From the NCBI RefSeq assembly GCF_001194135.2, contig NC_068989.1:12219494-12283493 (forward strand): 64,000 bases of DNA, written 5' to 3'. Made by a program: the position numbers and the translations under genes. Each line of letters starts with the position of its first letter. Positions within the stretch are counted from its first letter, which is position 1. Below, piece by piece: positions 63,501 to 64,000 of the stretch. Below the pieces are notes generated by a model, which worked only from the letters and a program-made list of their open reading frames with translations, made no database searches and was not told the origin of the DNA. This DNA comes from Octopus bimaculoides (Eukaryota).

Positions 63501-64000
63501 TATATATATAAATTCTTCAATCTCTCTACCCCTACCTCTCTCCTCTCCTTCCACGTGACCGGTGTTCGGCCATGTCTGACCATTCTTTCTTGGTCCGACT
63601 ACCATCAAATAAATTTCTATCGTAAGACCCGTCGTAAATTTTAAACGTCATTGATGTGTGTGTGTTTGTGTGAGTGAGCAGGTATAATGCTATTGAATGT
63701 AATAACCTATATAATTTACTTTATTTTATACTATATAATTTCATTCTATTTTATTTCATTTCCTTGGAAAATCTGAAGATTTTCAGGACCTGTATATAAT
63801 CGAACTAAGTAACAATTCCTACATTTCATTTAACTGCACTATCAAATACTCGTATGTCTTTCCTTTTTAAACTCATTGAGATGACATTTGAGAGAAATTT
63901 AGTTACTGGTTTTTTGCAACCCCGGCGACTATGTCCAGCTTTCACCTCTGGTTCGTGTGTAAACGCGTGCTTGTGTATTTGACTCTGTGAGCGGTGCATA

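Overview
AT-rich, microsatellite-saturated animal genomic DNA with about 15 N-gaps, most next to (TA)n. Repeat content (tRNA-headed SINEs, mariner, RTE, R4/Dong, Penelope-like elements) looks like an octopus/cephalopod genome; this is inferred from repeat style only. Almost all ORFs in the supplied track are artefacts of simple repeats or gaps. There is one candidate host exon: a minus-strand first coding exon at 25360-25022 (upstream in-frame stop, ATG, Leu-rich hydrophobic segment, GTAAGA donor), with no convincing second exon in the 25 kb downstream. The rest is transposon debris. Highlights: (i) six hammerhead-ribozyme (HHR)-like motifs in Penelope-type termini, one with a fully intact core (14388-14471, minus) and a two-copy family with a shared A6-to-U core change; (ii) a 141-bp, 140/141-identical inverted repeat (SINE tail plus the same non-SINE flank) enclosing two tail-to-tail ribozyme-bearing termini; (iii) four SINEs stacked head-to-tail, each separated by a copy of one 17-19 bp target motif; (iv) a dimeric SINE that moves as a unit (17-bp TSDs); (v) an 868-bp fold-back DD41D-like transposon made of two inverted transposase 3' ends. 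Family names come from recognising motifs by eye, not from database searches.
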